Positions 11,301-20,730 of a stretch of 64,000 bases of DNA are shown one piece after another. Source of the DNA: Methanotrichaceae archaeon (GTDB taxonomy: Archaea > Halobacteriota > Methanosarcinia > Methanotrichales > Methanotrichaceae); NCBI GenBank assembly GCA_963803145.1, contig CAWDLW010000017.1, forward strand, positions 64,001-128,000, read 5' to 3'. The notes under the pieces are model-generated. The model searched no databases. It was given only the letters and a program-made list of their open reading frames with translations, and was not told where the DNA came from. The number at the start of each line of letters is the position of its first letter. Within the stretch, counting starts at the first letter, position 1. The position numbers and the translations under genes were made by a program.

Positions 11301-11512
11301 ACTGATTCGGTATCCTTAGCACTGGAATTTTTTATGAGATCTCTCTTGATTGCAGATGCTTTGCTGCCGTAAAGAGCCCATGCTATGGCCTCGACGATGG
11401 TACTCTTTCCAGAGCCGTTCATGCCAACAATTCCCGTGAGACCGTCCTGAAAATTTATCTCAGCGCGCCGGTATTTTTTAAAATTGCGCAAAACTAGTCT
11501 ATTAAGGTGCAT
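8333..11512 (-). CDS. rad50: Rad50 double-strand break repair ATPase
   Basis: Walker A GMNGSGKS, long coiled coil with CPTC zinc hook, YSGGE signature, ILDE Walker B. Confidence 0.95.
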   Translation of the reverse strand: MHLNRLVLRNFKKYRRAEINFQDGLTGIVGMNGSGKSTIVEAIAWALYGSKASAIKRDLIKNSSAKDTESVEVSLSLNHGKQEITILRAMKGKSLSAEAAIDLDGHRVAMGSRDVDLKLEEILKISYQDFMRTFYARQKDLDNLLKEGGTGKREYLLKLLGLDEVRERSMELIKSDLRKLEDQSNRLGGALAELGDIDAKIENISKSIASARTELSSFREIETKLAAEAEKRKRELDEQIEKQRYNDLLAQKILGIESKALEKKRAINADRARIDEIESSKRTLSELEPDLKRLDFVKVRLEEIEPKRKEHDGLQQMMIKARAELDLAGRSLAEQEKKLEALKQDRSALDKIRPMETEYQETTASYQRLEALRDRHMELQTHLNGEKIRLESIQANATRAEKAVRKILLAKDRLSEIQPLKEKCEQLQKEFIHASRQKELQKELDSLNAQRSNLEARIQKLEDQIASIKKDLAFLGDLTLRDAELKRQDVDLDRLGMDLNNGLADLKGKLAIEESQRIDALQNLARMKSLGKDSNCPTCERPLGEQYVKLVQKYELACNSANERATELKKRMQLQTEKINGVSSARSKLKIAFDDLNAKRSRRAELFASTRSLESQIYEARSELKEITKAITKLGDVSFDPKQFGELQKSIEDIIPLVEEHRSLAFRLEELPKRETELEGIRNEKKAALKKLEEIGQIIKALGYVEADYASQKKRLVDLAPAHNKFEILTRSVQEIPRIEEKISGMKIELKKLESTIKSIQGSIEDLGFDPAEYDNLSQESRTLAKADEMAQKIRLKIASEKELRERLADAAEDLSELEYELNEAKKQIFLLGYSNELHRAIRTALEDAEASLEAARKETSSSEVRLRVLESDLQRLEGDAERKKEYEKELAETNRKLQVVDVTRSVVNRFMDHILIRIRDDIAYTAGLILEEVSGKYSLLKIDDDFNILVEDGGEYYTISRYSGGEIDMIAVSVRVAISEYLMRFSPDGESYSFLILDEIFGSQDLEHREKMINMLRSLQERFPQIIAISHISDVQGQFDNTINVIEDDLGNSRVEVN

Positions 11513-12644
11513 CCAGCGCCTCTGTGTTGTGTGCAGCCACGACCTTCTTTATTAGCCCCGTTCCATAGGCCGTGACATCATCCTTTATCGCTTTGGGTAT
11601 TGCATTTCGCACAGCCTCTTCCTCCAGAAACTTTATGAACTCCTTATGCAGATTGAGTGAATCCACAGGCTCACTATGGCACTCGTTTTCATCAGCATAC
11701 TCAACCTTTATCTTGAGGTAAATGGCAGGTGCGCTAAGCCTATTGAGCCTGATTTGGCTGATATTCCTGTAAGCGGCCTTGTTCACGTTTTTGAGGTTGA
11801 TGCGTGCTATCTTTCCCTCAATTGCTCCATCGCCGCAGATGCTCATCAGCTCCTCAGCGATCTCCTCGGAGGATAATCCCACGCAATCAACAGCCGGATA
11901 ATCGATCATATACTTCGGCCTTACGCACACTGGCTCGGCCTCGCCCTTTTCAAGATCGACCAGAAGCATGCCCTTGCTATCGGCAGCTTCACCGAAGTTG
12001 AAGTACTCTATTGAGCCGCTATACCAGGCATTCTCGGCGATCTTTGCTTGGGCATGGTAGTGGCCTAGAGCAATGTAATCAAAGTCTCTCTTGAGCAGGC
12101 TATCCTTAAGCTCGTGCTCTCCTACAGTTCTTAATTTCTTGTTGCTTAAGGATTCTATCATGCCGTGCATGACGAGTACATCCCGCCCTGATATTTCGAT
12201 CTTGCCGAACTCCTCCATGTACTCTTGAGGATCTAAACAAAAAGGGATACAATGAAAGAAGTGATCTCCGATCTCAAAGCGCTCATATTGATATTTGCGA
12301 GCGATATTGACGCCTCTCGACCCTTCATAAATAACGAATGGACTTGTCCCTGCGAAGCCTTTGGGAGCATCGTGATTGCCGCTGATGATTACGATCGGAA
12401 TGCCTGCATCTTTAAGCTTTTCCAAGCCCTGTTTGAAGATATAGAGGGGCCTGATTCTTGGCCTGACATAGTGGAAGACGTCTCCTGCATGAACCACTGC
12501 ATCTGGCTTCAGTTCTATTATCTTGTCCACTGCCTGCTCGAAGCCAGTATAGAACATCTCTTCCACCAGGTTTCTTCCGTTTCTATCAACCCTATTGTAG
12601 CTGGAGAAGCCTAAGTGGGAATCAGCCATGTGGATTATCTTCAA
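11502..12644 (-). CDS. mre11: Mre11 nuclease
   Basis: DSHLG, AGDVF, SGNHD, LGHYH phosphoesterase motifs; overlaps rad50. Confidence 0.95.
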   Translation of the reverse strand: MKIIHMADSHLGFSSYNRVDRNGRNLVEEMFYTGFEQAVDKIIELKPDAVVHAGDVFHYVRPRIRPLYIFKQGLEKLKDAGIPIVIISGNHDAPKGFAGTSPFVIYEGSRGVNIARKYQYERFEIGDHFFHCIPFCLDPQEYMEEFGKIEISGRDVLVMHGMIESLSNKKLRTVGEHELKDSLLKRDFDYIALGHYHAQAKIAENAWYSGSIEYFNFGEAADSKGMLLVDLEKGEAEPVCVRPKYMIDYPAVDCVGLSSEEIAEELMSICGDGAIEGKIARINLKNVNKAAYRNISQIRLNRLSAPAIYLKIKVEYADENECHSEPVDSLNLHKEFIKFLEEEAVRNAIPKAIKDDVTAYGTGLIKKVVAAHNTEALDAP

Positions 12645-12691
12645 GGGGCACCTCTACTCTAATATTGGTTTTCTATTCTGATACCGGCTTT

Positions 12692-14302
12692 TTATTCTAA
12701 TACCGGTTTGAATCTTCCTCTGCTTATAAGGCTCTCGTCGGACCTGTCCTCATTCTCCAATCTATGCATATAGTCCTCATACCTGTGGATTCTGGCGGGA
12801 ATAGGAAAAGGTATTTTCAGTGTGCTGATGACTGCTTCTCCAGGCTCAAGTGTCTGGATCTCAATATCCAGCGAGCTCAGATCCTGCTTGGCGGACTCTT
12901 CCAGTTGCGAACGATCATTCCTATCTCCGAGTCCCATGACCACAAGAGTGTTGAACTGCGAAAGAAGTTGCTTGTCTATAAGCTTGGGCTGCTGAGTTAT
13001 GGCGCATAAGCCCACTCCGAACTTCCTGCCTTCGCGGGCGATAGTCTCGAAGCGAGATGTATTGCTGCCCGATCCCAAAACCCTTTGTGCCTCCTCAATT
13101 GTGATGAGGCAGTTTTTCCTATCCGGCTTTCCATCCTCTTTGTATGCATCCAAAATGTAACGAGATAGGACTGAGAGCAAAAACAGCTCGGCACGATCGC
13201 TCATCCTTGGTATGTCCACCAGGACGACCTTGCCGTCCTGCAGATTGGCAAGGATATTTGGCAGGCTGGACCTCTTCTGGATATACTTATTTCTCTCAAG
13301 GACATTCTTTATCCTTCGAACAAGGACTTTAACGGTGGTGTCTCTGAAGCCTTCTTGCACCATTCTATCTAGTCCATCTGCCTTCTGGATATCATCCAGC
13401 CAGCTGTTCGAATCAAATACCCTGGAGATGGCATCCAAGGCATCCCTTTGGGGCGCTGACCACTCATAGAGCAATGCTACATCATCTGGCCGCACTTCTT
13501 CAGTGGAGATGGCTAGGCCCTCAACTCCCGGATCTGATGCATTCTCTTTATCTGTTGAGTAGCAGACGAGGCCATCAGCATATTTCTTGAGATGCGTAAG
13601 CCCCTTCACCAGGCCTTTGCCCTTCAGATATTCGCCATGAGGATCTACTATTAATAAACCGAATTTAGACTCGCCCATAGCTCCCAGCTTCATACATGAG
13701 GCAGCAAAGACCTTCATAAAATTTGATTTCCCCATGCCTGTAGTGGCGAATATTCCCATATGGTGGTCCATTGCTTCGCTATGAATAGCTACTGGAATCT
13801 CTTCCACCACTCGTGAGCCGTTTCTAAGATAGCCGATCTGAATGTCTCCCATGATCTGTTTCAAAAATTTAAACTCATCCTTTTCGGCTCTTGAGACTTT
13901 GGAGAACTTTGTTGGGATGGTACGCGATTTTCTAAATGCTCCGTTCTGAACGCAGCCCAGGGGCTCTGCGATGACGCGGTTGAAGATCTGATCCTGGTCG
14001 AAGAATTGTGTGCCCTTCACTGTTGTATCCCAATTGCCATCATAGTTTGAAGCATGCTGGATATCTAGGACGCGAGCAAGGAAGATCAGCCGTCTATTAT
14101 TCGCATCGTCATAATCCTTAATTGAAAAAATCTGCCCCACCTCGACTCGTTCTGTATCCGGCAAGTCAAAGGGTACGATGAAGTGGTATTCGGTAACGCT
14201 CTTAGAGATGATCCTGTACGCCGTATCTCCTCTCTCTATGATCTTCCTTTTAGGCAAATTGTCTATGCTTTCTGACAGATTTATTTCCCTCACCACAGCC
14301 AC
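12692..14302 (-). CDS. herA: HerA helicase/ATPase
   Basis: ATTGMGKS Walker A, VDPHGEY, IEEAQ, IAREGRKFG, ITQQP; operon context. Confidence 0.92.
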   Translation of the reverse strand: MAVVREINLSESIDNLPKRKIIERGDTAYRIISKSVTEYHFIVPFDLPDTERVEVGQIFSIKDYDDANNRRLIFLARVLDIQHASNYDGNWDTTVKGTQFFDQDQIFNRVIAEPLGCVQNGAFRKSRTIPTKFSKVSRAEKDEFKFLKQIMGDIQIGYLRNGSRVVEEIPVAIHSEAMDHHMGIFATTGMGKSNFMKVFAASCMKLGAMGESKFGLLIVDPHGEYLKGKGLVKGLTHLKKYADGLVCYSTDKENASDPGVEGLAISTEEVRPDDVALLYEWSAPQRDALDAISRVFDSNSWLDDIQKADGLDRMVQEGFRDTTVKVLVRRIKNVLERNKYIQKRSSLPNILANLQDGKVVLVDIPRMSDRAELFLLSVLSRYILDAYKEDGKPDRKNCLITIEEAQRVLGSGSNTSRFETIAREGRKFGVGLCAITQQPKLIDKQLLSQFNTLVVMGLGDRNDRSQLEESAKQDLSSLDIEIQTLEPGEAVISTLKIPFPIPARIHRYEDYMHRLENEDRSDESLISRGRFKPVLE

Positions 14303-14365
14303 CCTTTCATGATTTTCATGACAGCTATCTAGATTTTCAGCTATATTTCAGCTACATTTTCGAAC

Positions 14366-15373
14366 TCACATTTCCATGACCTCATGATAGTCCTGCATCA
14401 GTATTCTGATCTGTGAATCACTTAGGCCCATCCCGCTGAGCATATCCATCAGTTCTAGCTTCAAGAGCGATCCTTCCTGATGTTTTATCCTTATATCCCT
14501 ATGAGCTCTGAAGAGAGAATGTGGGTATCCAAGGCACTCTGCTGAACAGGAGTGTGCGATCAGAGCTCCTAATGTTGAGCCTATATGGTCCGTTAGATAT
14601 GCAGGCGCATCCACCCTAAAGGCGCGTCCAGAACAGCCATCGAACCTTACAATGAAAGTCGTTCCATCCCATTTTGGCAAAGGCTTCACGTTTTTATCTT
14701 TCAGGGAGATGTACCAGGGCAAGCCGGATAAGAAAATGCTACCTGCGTGGCTGGTGTGCTGAACAAATGGCCGTGAGACCCCTTCGCCCCATGATATGGC
14801 GCTGGACTTGCTTACCCCCAGGAGATCGATGCCTTTCTCATTTGCTTCTCTGATGATCCCTTCCAGGATGCTTCTTAGTGGCTCGTAAATATCAAAGCCG
14901 CCATCGTAGAGTATCAGATCTCCAGCGTGGGCGGAAGAGATTGCATCTTTCAGGGCAATGTACTCTTGAAGCTCTCGGAAATAAGTGGTAAGTCTATCCA
15001 GATCCGTTTCCTTCAGAGTGATATCCTTTAGTCCGAAATAACTTTTCAGCTCTCGCTCAAACTGGCTCGCATAATTCTCTCTATCGGCCAGGAAAATATC
15101 GTCGTAGGTAATTACAGTCCTCAGCCATTCTCTGCCTCTGTAAACAGCATAACCTGCGCAGATCTTATTCAGGCTTGCAACAGACCAGTCGCAGACGCGT
15201 ATATTCGATCCGTCTACTGCGAAGATCTGGCCCTCAAAATCGTGCGGCTTTATCTCTATAAAATCATCCTTACGGATGCCGGTCGCTGTACAATACCGAT
15301 CTAAATCACTGATGGAGATATGATCCCTGATTAATTCTGCAATGTCTGCCAGCCTGCCCTTTTCCTCCGACAT
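14366..15373 (-). CDS. nurA: NurA nuclease
   Basis: AVDGS, LYDGG, GVSKSS, GYPHSLFRAH. Start reassigned to MSEEKG because the longer ORF runs into the IS. Confidence 0.9.
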   Translation of the reverse strand: MSEEKGRLADIAELIRDHISISDLDRYCTATGIRKDDFIEIKPHDFEGQIFAVDGSNIRVCDWSVASLNKICAGYAVYRGREWLRTVITYDDIFLADRENYASQFERELKSYFGLKDITLKETDLDRLTTYFRELQEYIALKDAISSAHAGDLILYDGGFDIYEPLRSILEGIIREANEKGIDLLGVSKSSAISWGEGVSRPFVQHTSHAGSIFLSGLPWYISLKDKNVKPLPKWDGTTFIVRFDGCSGRAFRVDAPAYLTDHIGSTLGALIAHSCSAECLGYPHSLFRAHRDIRIKHQEGSLLKLELMDMLSGMGLSDSQIRILMQDYHEVMEM

Positions 15374-16404
15374 CTGTGTAAGGGAGATACGGCAAAGTAT
15401 ATACTGATTCTGGCAGTTATGTACTGTACTCTCCAAGTTTCTCACCAATTTATAATCTCCATTCTATATCAAGTCATATCTTATATCCCTGTTCTCTGAT
15501 TAGATAGAGTAAACCACTATCAGGAACTGGCAAATTAAAGTATTGTAATACATATATAAAGGCATCAATGAATGCTTGAGCCTTTATACTATCTATCATA
15601 TCTCCAATCGTTCTATTTTGTTGATTTCTTTCCACTGGTGGGTTTTTGAGTTCATATAAAACGATAGCTGTCCAGACTGAGAAAACCATCTGAATAAATC
15701 TTTCAATTGATCGTTTTCCTCTTAATTGATAATCCTTGAATCCCAATTTTTGATTTGACTCTCTATGAGCAGTCTCAATATCCCACCTATCCTCATAAAT
15801 AGAAAGGATTTCTACCAAAGATAGTGAACAATTGGTGCTAATAAAGTAGTTGGCGTCACCATTTTTCTTTTTCTTTGAGATGACTAGCTTTACTTTGCCA
15901 ATCTTATCTAAGATGACTTCTTTTTCGATTGCATAATATACCTTCTTCTTGCCGCGAACTTGGACTGTAGTTCTTCTATAATAAATTTCGTCAATCTGAT
16001 TTGCCAAGTCCCTGACCTGAAAGGACATATCCTTATTTATCCATACCTTTTTATCAGACTTAATTTCACAAACGACTTGATGACCTAAGTTCAGGCATTT
16101 AGTTATAAAATCAGCAGAAAACCACCAGCTGTCGAAAACAACATAAAGACTCAAGCCTTTTGGTATTTTTAAGGGCTCGATGATATCTTTATAAGCGATT
16201 TCTATTTTAGTCATGAAATCTTCACTGCTGTCTATCTCTTTAGTATACATTTTTGCTTTATGTGGTATAAATATATCTCTAGATTGGAGGACTGAGGTAA
16301 CAAAGTTGTTACCCATGATATAGTCATCTTTGCAATGATCGTAAAACTTGCCCACGCCATCAGTACATTTCCCTTCCTTTTCATTATATGTATCGTCTAT
16401 AATT

Positions 16405-17492
16405 ATAGGACTTACGCATTTGCCGGAACTTTCTTATAATATGGAGTTTATATTAAATGAGAAATGAGCTGGAGAAAGAGGCATTGAATCCGGCTAAATG
16501 CGATGATCTAGATTACATTCACTTTCTAATTGCATCGATGGATGTTTTTTCCTGCACCGAAGCAGCTAGATGTCAGTTACCACGGGAAAATAATCCATCA
16601 CATGATGCATTTACCCGTCTATTACAAAGACAGCCTCCTGATACGGAAGCGTTATGGGATGAGGTTAAGAAATTCATCGGCACCCAAGACTGTTTCTTAA
16701 TTCTTGACGATACAACATTGGACAAACCCTATGCCAAAAAGATGGATTTAGTCTATCCCCTTTGGAGCGGAAAGCATCATAAAGTAGTAGAAGGAATCAA
16801 TATTACTACATTGCTTTGGACGGATGGGACTCCAATAATTCCAGTTGATTTTCGAGTCTATGATAAAGATACTGATGGCAAATCAAAGAACAATCATTTT
16901 CGCGATATGTTGAGTAAAGCAAACGAACGTGGATTCAAGCCTGATTTTGTTCTTTTTGATAGCTGGTACTCTGGAATAGATAATCTCAAAGCATTAAGGA
17001 AATTCGGTTGGCATTGGTTTACTAGGTTGAAGAAAAATAGATTAGTAAATCCTGATGATACTAAGAATATACCAATTGAGGAAATAGAGATCCCACCACA
17101 AGGCAGAATTGTGCATTTGAAGGCTTACGGTTTTATAAAAGTATTCAAGATTGTCTCCGATGATGGTGACATCGAATACTGGGCGACTGATTCATTGAAA
17201 ATGAAAGAAACGAGGCGAAAAGTATTAAGTAAGCATTCTTGGAAAATCGAAGAATATCACAGAGGGATTAAACAATTCTGCGGAGTTGAGCGCTGTCAAG
17301 CAAGAAAAAGTCAGTCTCAGAGAGCACATATCTCTTTCTCTATTAGAGCATTTCTCAGATTGGAGCTAAATCGACTTATCAAGGGCATAAGTTGGTTTGA
17401 AAGTAAGCGTAGAATTATTAGAAACGCTATTAGCACATACAGAGAATATCCCGATTTCTTATGGTTTATGGGCTCAACTGCGTAAGTCCTAT
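16405..17492 (+). mobile_element. IS701-family insertion sequence (inner, intact)
   Basis: Perfect 14-bp TIR ATAGGACTTACGCA/TGCGTAAGTCCTAT; 4-bp AATT target duplication at 16401-16404 and 17493-17496. Confidence 0.93.
16457..17485 (+). CDS. IS701-family DDE transposase
   Basis: ILDDTTLDK, LFDSWYS, WKIEEYHRGIKQ. Confidence 0.92.
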   Translation: MRNELEKEALNPAKCDDLDYIHFLIASMDVFSCTEAARCQLPRENNPSHDAFTRLLQRQPPDTEALWDEVKKFIGTQDCFLILDDTTLDKPYAKKMDLVYPLWSGKHHKVVEGINITTLLWTDGTPIIPVDFRVYDKDTDGKSKNNHFRDMLSKANERGFKPDFVLFDSWYSGIDNLKALRKFGWHWFTRLKKNRLVNPDDTKNIPIEEIEIPPQGRIVHLKAYGFIKVFKIVSDDGDIEYWATDSLKMKETRRKVLSKHSWKIEEYHRGIKQFCGVERCQARKSQSQRAHISFSIRAFLRLELNRLIKGISWFESKRRIIRNAISTYREYPDFLWFMGSTA

Positions 17493-18050
17493 AATTAATA
17501 ATATTTTGTCGCTTGCACTTAACTGAAGAGCTTCTATAAATAGATCCGCACTGCGCTGAGCTACTTCGTTCTCATCCCAGATTGCATCACTAAAGAACCA
17601 ATTATAGGAAGAGCGTGATTTCGTACCTTCTCGATCCTTTGCCATAGCATCACTAAGGTGTGCGATGGTCTTAGATTTATCACATACGCTCAATGCTGAA
17701 ATCATATCACAGAAAGAATTATAGCTCGGTATGGTGAATAAATCTTTAAATTCTTTTAGAAATGGCTCTAACTGTAATGGAATCTTAACTAATTTGATCA
17801 TGACATAGTAAAATACTTTTATAAATAAATCTATTTTGTATCAAGAATTAATTTTAATGGTAAAAGAAAATATAGCTATAAATATAAAGCTATGAAAAAG
17901 TTGGAGAGTACAGTTATGTATTAGTGCGCTATATTTAAGAAAATATATTGGATTGGACCTGACGCATCAATGCAATGTTGCAGAAATGGACAAGCCCCAA
18001 AGATTTCTAAAATTGAATATTGGCGGCACAAGGCAGCCTTACCAGCCATT

Positions 18051-18503
18051 CTACCAATAGTAAGGATAAGTGCCGCCGTAAATTGGAGATCCCTGATAGG
18101 GATAAGTATAGACCGGTTTTCCAGTGTTGGGATCTACGTAAAAATAGAGTATCCATCCTGTATAGGGATTTCTATAAGCATAGATTGGATACCCCGTATA
18201 GGGATCTACGTAAGCCAGTCCCATCCAGCCGCTGTTATAGTTGAGCGACTTCCAAACATAGTATGGATCAGGAACTAGCTTTCCATTCACTACTATGCTC
18301 CCCTTGGGCGCGTGTCCCCACGACCAGAGGCGGCTCTCAGGATTCTGCCCTGACGGCTGAGGATTCTGAGCATGGAAGTTGCTTAGCCAGCTCCTGCCGA
18401 AATCACCGCCTACGTACTGAGAAGAAAATGGAAACTGGGCATAACAGTCCGCCATTAAAAGGCATACTACCAGTAACACAACTGATGCGAGTGCAATTCT
18501 CAT
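18051..18503 (-). CDS. Secreted Tyr/Pro/Gly-rich hypothetical protein
   Basis: Signal peptide MRIALASVVLL after GGAGGG; three Y-x-(D/N)-P-x-T-G repeats. Confidence 0.75.
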   Translation of the reverse strand: MRIALASVVLLVVCLLMADCYAQFPFSSQYVGGDFGRSWLSNFHAQNPQPSGQNPESRLWSWGHAPKGSIVVNGKLVPDPYYVWKSLNYNSGWMGLAYVDPYTGYPIYAYRNPYTGWILYFYVDPNTGKPVYTYPYQGSPIYGGTYPYYW

Positions 18504-18822
18504 ATTCCAACCCCTCCAAAAAATGATTGGATATGAAGCGATAAAATGTTTTTGTATCGGCAGGAGCATCCCCGATATTACATAAGAGCTATTCTCATAA
18601 TCCATTTCCAAAGTTTAAGGCTAAATATGGTGTTGGAGGGCTCACCGTGGATTTAGCCTGGCCTGAGTGTAAAGAATGATCTCTCCAAATTATACGTTTG
18701 AGTACAGATGATCCATCATGTTCTTAAATTGCCCAAGCTTCTCTCGCAGTTCTCGCCCCTTAGATGTTGTTTTGTATATGAACCTGGAGCCGTCAGGTAT
18801 GGCTTCAATTATAGTTAATCTC

Positions 18823-19350
18823 CTAGCTTTTTGCACTAAGAAATCGCTCCACCCAGGACTTTGAATATCCATCCTTTTTGGAATAAAATATTTCTAAAGC
18901 GCAATCTTGGCTAGCTATAATAGCTTCATCGAAATCAGTGTATTTGGCGATCTCTCTTTTGAAATCCTTCCAACCGAATTCTATAGGATTCAAATCTGGT
19001 GAATAGGGGATATTATAAATTAAGTGAATATCGATTTCCTCAGCTAGTTTTCTAAATTTCTTGGCCAAATGAATTCTAGCATTATCTAAAAGTATACAAA
19101 TTGGCCTCATAATATTATTATTTCTTATATTTTGAGCAAATGCCATCAACGCTTCCTTCTTAGAGGAGTTGGAAACCATAACCTCATCATTGCCATTTAA
19201 TGCTATAAATCCAAAAATAGTTCTTGATCTAACCTTTCCAGGTTTATAATTTATTAAATGAGTGTTTAAGACTCTACGTGTATTAGGGCGCTGTTGTAAA
19301 GAGCTTTCATCAAGAAATCCTATAACAGGATCAGTAACTGTGGTCAGCAC
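18823..19350 (-). CDS. IS630 transposase ORF B (DDE part)
   Basis: FLDESS, LDNARIH, PYSPDLNPIE. Confidence 0.85.
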   Translation of the reverse strand: MLTTVTDPVIGFLDESSLQQRPNTRRVLNTHLINYKPGKVRSRTIFGFIALNGNDEVMVSNSSKKEALMAFAQNIRNNNIMRPICILLDNARIHLAKKFRKLAEEIDIHLIYNIPYSPDLNPIEFGWKDFKREIAKYTDFDEAIIASQDCALEIFYSKKDGYSKSWVERFLSAKS

Positions 19351-19828
19351 TGATTTTATCCTTTTTTAAAAAACTTTCTGCATCTGCAGGCCTCTTTTCA
19401 TTTCTGATGTATGGTTTCCCATACTTAACTTTTTTCACTACTCTTAAAATTCGCCAGCCATATTTATATGAAAAATCTATACCTCTTGTATCCCTTACAT
19501 ATTTTAATACATCTTTTATCGTCATTCCTTTGTCTTCAATTTCTTTAATAACTCTATCCCATTCATCAAGAGACATCTTTGGCTTTTTGCCATTTCTATT
19601 CTTTGGTGTCAATCCATTATAGCCTTGATTATTCCATCTGCTTAACCAATATTTTATTGTCCTCTCGCCCCTTTTTAAAATATCAGCTACCTCATATACG
19701 TTTTTCCCTTCATATAAATGTATTATTGCCAATAACCGTTCCTTAATCCTTAGATCAGTCTCTTTTTTATATAATTTATCAAGGTCTATCTTTGATATAT
19801 GCCTAATTATTATAGGTTTTCTACCCAT
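19331..19828 (-). CDS. IS630 transposase ORF A (HTH part)
   Basis: ERLLAIIHLYEG, WLSRWN, YGKPY; ends at a T6A6G run. Confidence 0.85.
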   Translation of the reverse strand: MGRKPIIIRHISKIDLDKLYKKETDLRIKERLLAIIHLYEGKNVYEVADILKRGERTIKYWLSRWNNQGYNGLTPKNRNGKKPKMSLDEWDRVIKEIEDKGMTIKDVLKYVRDTRGIDFSYKYGWRILRVVKKVKYGKPYIRNEKRPADAESFLKKDKISADHSY

Positions 19829-20236
19829 GCCTATGTATTTTCACGCATTAATTATTAAATGTATCTATAGGGCAATAAGCTCAATGATTAACTATAATCC
19901 ATTTTTCGTCAGATTATCCAAGTATTGAGTTCCTGTTGCGGAGTTCAGATTAGCTTGGTATATTATCCTGGTCTTGCCTGCGCCATTTGCGCATATCTCT
20001 AAGATCTGGGCTGTAACCACATTTGGATTCCTTTTGCTTGGCATATTATCCTACTTCCCCAAGGATTGTAATTCCATGTCACAAATCTGGTCTTATTGAA
20101 CCATATAGACGATTATTCCTATTTTTAATCCAGATATTAGACGGAAGGATAAGGGGAACCTGTTCTAATTTTCGATCCGTACTGATAATAGGTAGTAGAT
20201 GCAGAAGGGATTCCTGATTTTAGCTGTGTTTTATGA

Positions 20237-20497
20237 TTAAATAATCTTCCGTTTAGATATACGCATATGATATGCCTTCTTGTCTAGCTGTTTTATCATC
20301 TCCACCAGTACTGAAAACACCGCCGCCTCCAGAGGATCATCCAGCGCATAGAACGCCTCGCTCGAATGCTTCTTGGCCATCTCGGCAATCATCTGCCCAT
20401 AGATCTGGTCCTCCTTCTTGAGCGCCTTTGAAGCCTTCAGCCATCTGGCCGCGACATCTTTCACGCCCATCCTCACGCTCTCGAAGCTCCTGCCCAT
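20237..20497 (-). CDS. Small helical protein resembling the PolB2-operon accessory protein (arCOG07300-like)
   Basis: MGRSF..R...W...KALKKED...AKKH......DPLEA..FSVLVE pattern, recalled for that family. Confidence 0.7.
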   Translation of the reverse strand: MGRSFESVRMGVKDVAARWLKASKALKKEDQIYGQMIAEMAKKHSSEAFYALDDPLEAAVFSVLVEMIKQLDKKAYHMRISKRKII

Positions 20498-20499
20498 AA

Positions 20500-20730
20500 T
20501 TATTCGCCCAGGCAGAAAGCTTCAGGCCACAATTCGCCGGATATGGGCGTCTGCTCTATAGCCCAACTCCTTCCCTCAAGCCTGCTCTTAATCATGTCCT
20601 CAATATCCTCAGGCCTCGCGTGGAAAATCTCTGCAAGAATCTCTTTTGCTGCCTGAAGCTCTAGCAGTCTCGTGTTGACTTTCTTCCTGGGTTCCATGGG
20701 CCTTGACTCGCGCCTATGCCACAAGATCAT
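20500..20730 (-). CDS. Small hypothetical protein (LELQAAxEILAE...WPxxFCLxE family)
   Basis: Tightly coupled to both neighbours; paralog at 21686-21904. Confidence 0.7.
   Translation of the reverse strand: MILWHRRESRPMEPRKKVNTRLLELQAAKEILAEIFHARPEDIEDMIKSRLEGRSWAIEQTPISGELWPEAFCLGE

Larger units (their letters stand above)
15474..17801 (-). pseudogene. Outer IS701-family transposase split by the nested element
   Basis: Removing 16405-17496 restores ...DKILLIIDDTYNEKEGK... in frame. The C-terminal half has VVFDSWW and YEDRWDIETAHR. Confidence 0.9.
15424..17913 (-). mobile_element. IS701-like insertion sequence (outer), interrupted by a nested IS
   Basis: Terminal inverted repeats CTGTACTCTCCAA(G/C)TTT(C/T)TCA match 19/21. 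Flanking direct repeat TTATGTA at 15417-15423 and 17914-17920. Confidence 0.9.
18812..19894 (-). mobile_element. IS630-family insertion sequence, copy 1 (1083 bp)
   Basis: TIR TAGTTAATC-n4-AGCTT; TA duplication at 18810-18811 and 19895-19896. Confidence 0.92.
18690..20044 (-). pseudogene. Winged helix-turn-helix regulator (89 aa reconstructed) interrupted by IS630
   Basis: Removing the IS joins MPSKRNP...GAGKTRIIYQANLN...KNGL to IEAIPDG...YKTTSKGRELRE in frame. Confidence 0.88.
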
